DNA of 64,000 bases from Lophium mytilinum. Its lineage: Eukaryota. The stretch is from assembly GCA_010093605.1 (NCBI GenBank), contig MU004195.1:806001-870000 (forward strand). Direction: 5' to 3'. Each line of letters starts with the position of its first letter. Position 1 is the first letter of the stretch. Shown in pieces: positions 61,491-64,000 of the stretch. Under the pieces are notes generated by a model. It saw only the letters and a list, made by a program, of their open reading frames with translations. It was not told the DNA's origin and did no database searches. The position numbers and the translations under genes are program-made.

Positions 61491-62135
61491 TTGTCTAAGC
61501 GAGTCTTGAGTCGAAGAGCATTTTATGAGCTATATGGACCATGTCAGCAGATCACACTTTTATGGCAAAGCGACTCCAATATAGACTTGAGCCTTTGGTT
61601 AGTCCAGGATGCAGATGGTGGAGATTGTATCTTTCAATCGGACGCTATCTGCTCAAGAATAGCATGTAAGTCTGACTCGATCAAGCTGTGCGACAGAGGT
61701 TCTCAAGAAGACGTGCTTATTTATAGGGACATAGATGTTACAAACAACGGTTCCCTACCTTGGGCAGTCAGCCGTAACGGTCTTTTGGGTTCCGATATCT
61801 ACTACATCTCCGCGTTCTACACATCAGACCCGTCCAACGGGGCCGTCGAAGGCCATGAAAACACCCACTACAGCAACATTGCCGATCAGTCGAGCTCCAT
61901 CAGCGCAGTCACATCTTTCGCAACCACAATTCCGACCTCATCTACTTTAGCGAAAATGTTATCGACTTCTGCGACAACGTACGCAACCTCCGCAACACTC
62001 TCCCCGCCACTTCAACCCTCGAGCCATCCGAACTCCCCAAGCGCACTCCCGTTAGCCGTTGGCCTGGGAGTCGGCATCCCACTTGGCATTCTTGCTGTCG
62101 TTCGAGTAGCATCGCTAGCCCTTCATTATCGTTAG
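61491..62135 (+). CDS. Ser/Thr-rich single-TM protein fragment (Mid2-like architecture), start not identified
   Basis: S/T-rich stalk then AVGLGVGIPLGILAV. No convincing ATG or signal peptide; may be degenerate. Confidence 0.4.
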   Translation: MSKRVLSRRAFYELYGPCQQITLLWQSDSNIDLSLWLVQDADGGDCIFQSDAICSRIACKSDSIKLCDRGSQEDVLIYRDIDVTNNGSLPWAVSRNGLLGSDIYYISAFYTSDPSNGAVEGHENTHYSNIADQSSSISAVTSFATTIPTSSTLAKMLSTSATTYATSATLSPPLQPSSHPNSPSALPLAVGLGVGIPLGILAVVRVASLALHYR

Positions 62136-62517
62136 CGTCCTAGACACCAGGCCGTTCCAAAAATGGAAATGTACCCAGGAGAGGCAGTATACTAAGACCT
62201 CGTTATACAATCAAATATTTCACCCATGTAATCCACGCATGATGTGACCAATCTCAGCACGAAGGCTCTAATATGCATGACCAATCTGCTATTGATGCGC
62301 AAAACAACCCTCGGAGCTGAATCTCACCTGCCTAGAAATATGGTACTAGCCATTGCTCCATTGGGCCTGGTCTCAACTAATAATTTACCTAGGTCTACAA
62401 TCCACGGTCATGACGAGCCTCTCGCATTCATGACATATTGCTTTCCTTGAGTCTCTGGAATTGTAATCTGTTACCCCTTGAAGCATCTGCTGTACTAAAT
62501 GACGCAGTTGGTTTTGA

Positions 62518-63948
62518 TTAGAACCCTAAACGCCCGAGTAACTTGACGAGCTGCTCTTCATTCTCATTCCTGCAAGATACTATAACTTCCTCGGATTGCA
62601 GCCACAGTACATCAGAATTCGTTACCCGCCACGGCAAAATCGAGCGAAGGGTGGTGTCGACATCTGCCACGCTATCGATTCCCGCAATCGTGCGGGGGCG
62701 TCTTACGTCCAGCTTTTCTAACTCGTCCTCCCAGGTCTTCGCAACATCCCATTTGACACCATCCGGGACTGTTGGCGGGATTGGCGACGGAAAGCCCCGG
62801 AGCTTTGCTTCCCTCATTGCCGTCTGCTCACTAGCTTCGTCACCAGACCAGCCTCGAAACTGGCCACCAGCCCCATCAAAAGAGCGCAAGAATTCGTACG
62901 ACGGATGAAGGATGCATGCGAAATCGTAGTCAATCAGTGCCGTGATGCGTTCGGACGCCGCATCGAAGAGGAGATTATTGGTAGCTACGTTGGTGAATAG
63001 GAAATTAGCCTGATAGGCTCAAAAGGACGAAACTCGTTCAACTACTCACTAAAGTCGGCATGTACGATGACGCGGTCACGCTTTGAGCTTAGGGATTCGA
63101 ACTGAGCCGGAACACCGCGCTCAACGAAGCAATCAAGACGGTCCCGAACGCCATTGGCACGCCAGCCTTTGATGTAGGAATTCGCGTCTGCCTTCCTCAA
63201 AGCCAGTGCGAGTCGATCTATGAAATGGGCTTCATACGAGGGCCAAGGCCCGAGACCAACGCTCGTCATGGCGGTGCTTACAATGCGGCCATTCTCGTCA
63301 ATGGTCACGCCGCCGAACCCGGTGATGCTCGCTGGGATCTCGTAGTCTTGCAAGGCCTTCAGCAGCTGCGCCATTTGGGCGAAGATTTTCTGCTTCTGCG
63401 GGAGGTCTAGCGTCTTGAAGGCTTCGTTCACAGGCGTGCCGGGCATCAGCTCTTGGAGGATCCAGCCCTGGGAAGAAGGGGGCGCCGCGCTGGCCCAGCC
63501 GTATATGGAGGGTACCACGTGGGGATGGAAGCTGCTGAGGGCGGTTGAGGCGAGAGTGATGATGGCTACTTCGTTTTCAATACGCGTTTCTGGGTTCATG
63601 CCTTCGGCGATGGGGTTGCTTAGGCGCATAATGAGGGTTTTGGTGCCGGCGGGAATGGGGACGCACCCGGGCTGTCGAGCTTTATCTTTCGTTGATTTGT
63701 CCAAGGGGAGAGGCAAAGGTAGAGAGATGCGGTAGACAGAGTTGTTGTACTTGAAGGGGCATTCGGGGTCGTATTGGATGGGAACGATCTCAGCATCTTC
63801 CTAGTACGGATGCGTATTCAGTGTCTCGGCAGAAAAACAGCAAAGCTCCGGCCAAGCTTACCTTGAGATCTAGTCGGTCGTGAAGCAAGTGCTGTATGAA
63901 ATCAAGCCGTGCTTGATAATTCGCGTGATTTTGGTTCGTGACCGCCAT
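62518..63948 (-). CDS. Aminoglycoside-phosphotransferase (APH)/kinase-like protein
   Basis: ATG at 63948; introns about 63802-63861 and 62986-63049; YNNSVYRI, RIENEVA, VPSIYGW, WILQELMPG, spliced IVHADFTTNNLLFD..ITALIDYDF. Confidence 0.88.
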
Positions 63949-64000
63949 ATGGAGTGAAGGGGTCGTTTGTCCTCAGAAGACTATGCATGAGGACACTTCG

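Noticed and set aside
30000..64000. Starship or other giant mobile element carrying the accessory genes
   Set aside because: No tyrosine-recombinase captain, transposase or element boundary is visible in this window; cannot be excluded from outside context.

Overview
Gene-dense, intron-containing DNA from a filamentous ascomycete (Pezizomycotina). Evidence: short GT-AG introns with CTRAY branch sites, Zn2Cys6 and HET genes, and a RIP-like transition pattern in one repeat. The left half has conserved housekeeping genes: a GIS2/CNBP zinc-knuckle protein, an F-box protein, SAE2/CtIP and the plasma-membrane H+-ATPase PMA1. These are mixed with accessory sequence: a divergent pair of BTB paralogues, a non-autonomous hAT element nested inside an older inverted repeat, a TigA/ERp38-derived thioredoxin fused to membrane helices, a family of small membrane proteins, and a stand-alone RelA/SpoT (alarmone-synthetase-like) gene. 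The right half (about 30-64 kb) looks accessory. It holds a Zn2Cys6-like gene interrupted by one in-frame TAG and preceded by a repeated CGG motif, an aspzincin protease paired with a mucin-like secreted protein, a degenerate Ras-like GTPase, a Zn2Cys6/MFS pair, two HET-domain genes and an APH-like kinase. The most notable observations are the fungal RelA/SpoT gene, the two AGGTYCGGCAA motif clusters, about 19 PacC-consensus sites upstream of PMA1, and the nested hAT/inverted-repeat structure. All gene models and family assignments were made by eye without database searches, so exon boundaries are approximate where stated.
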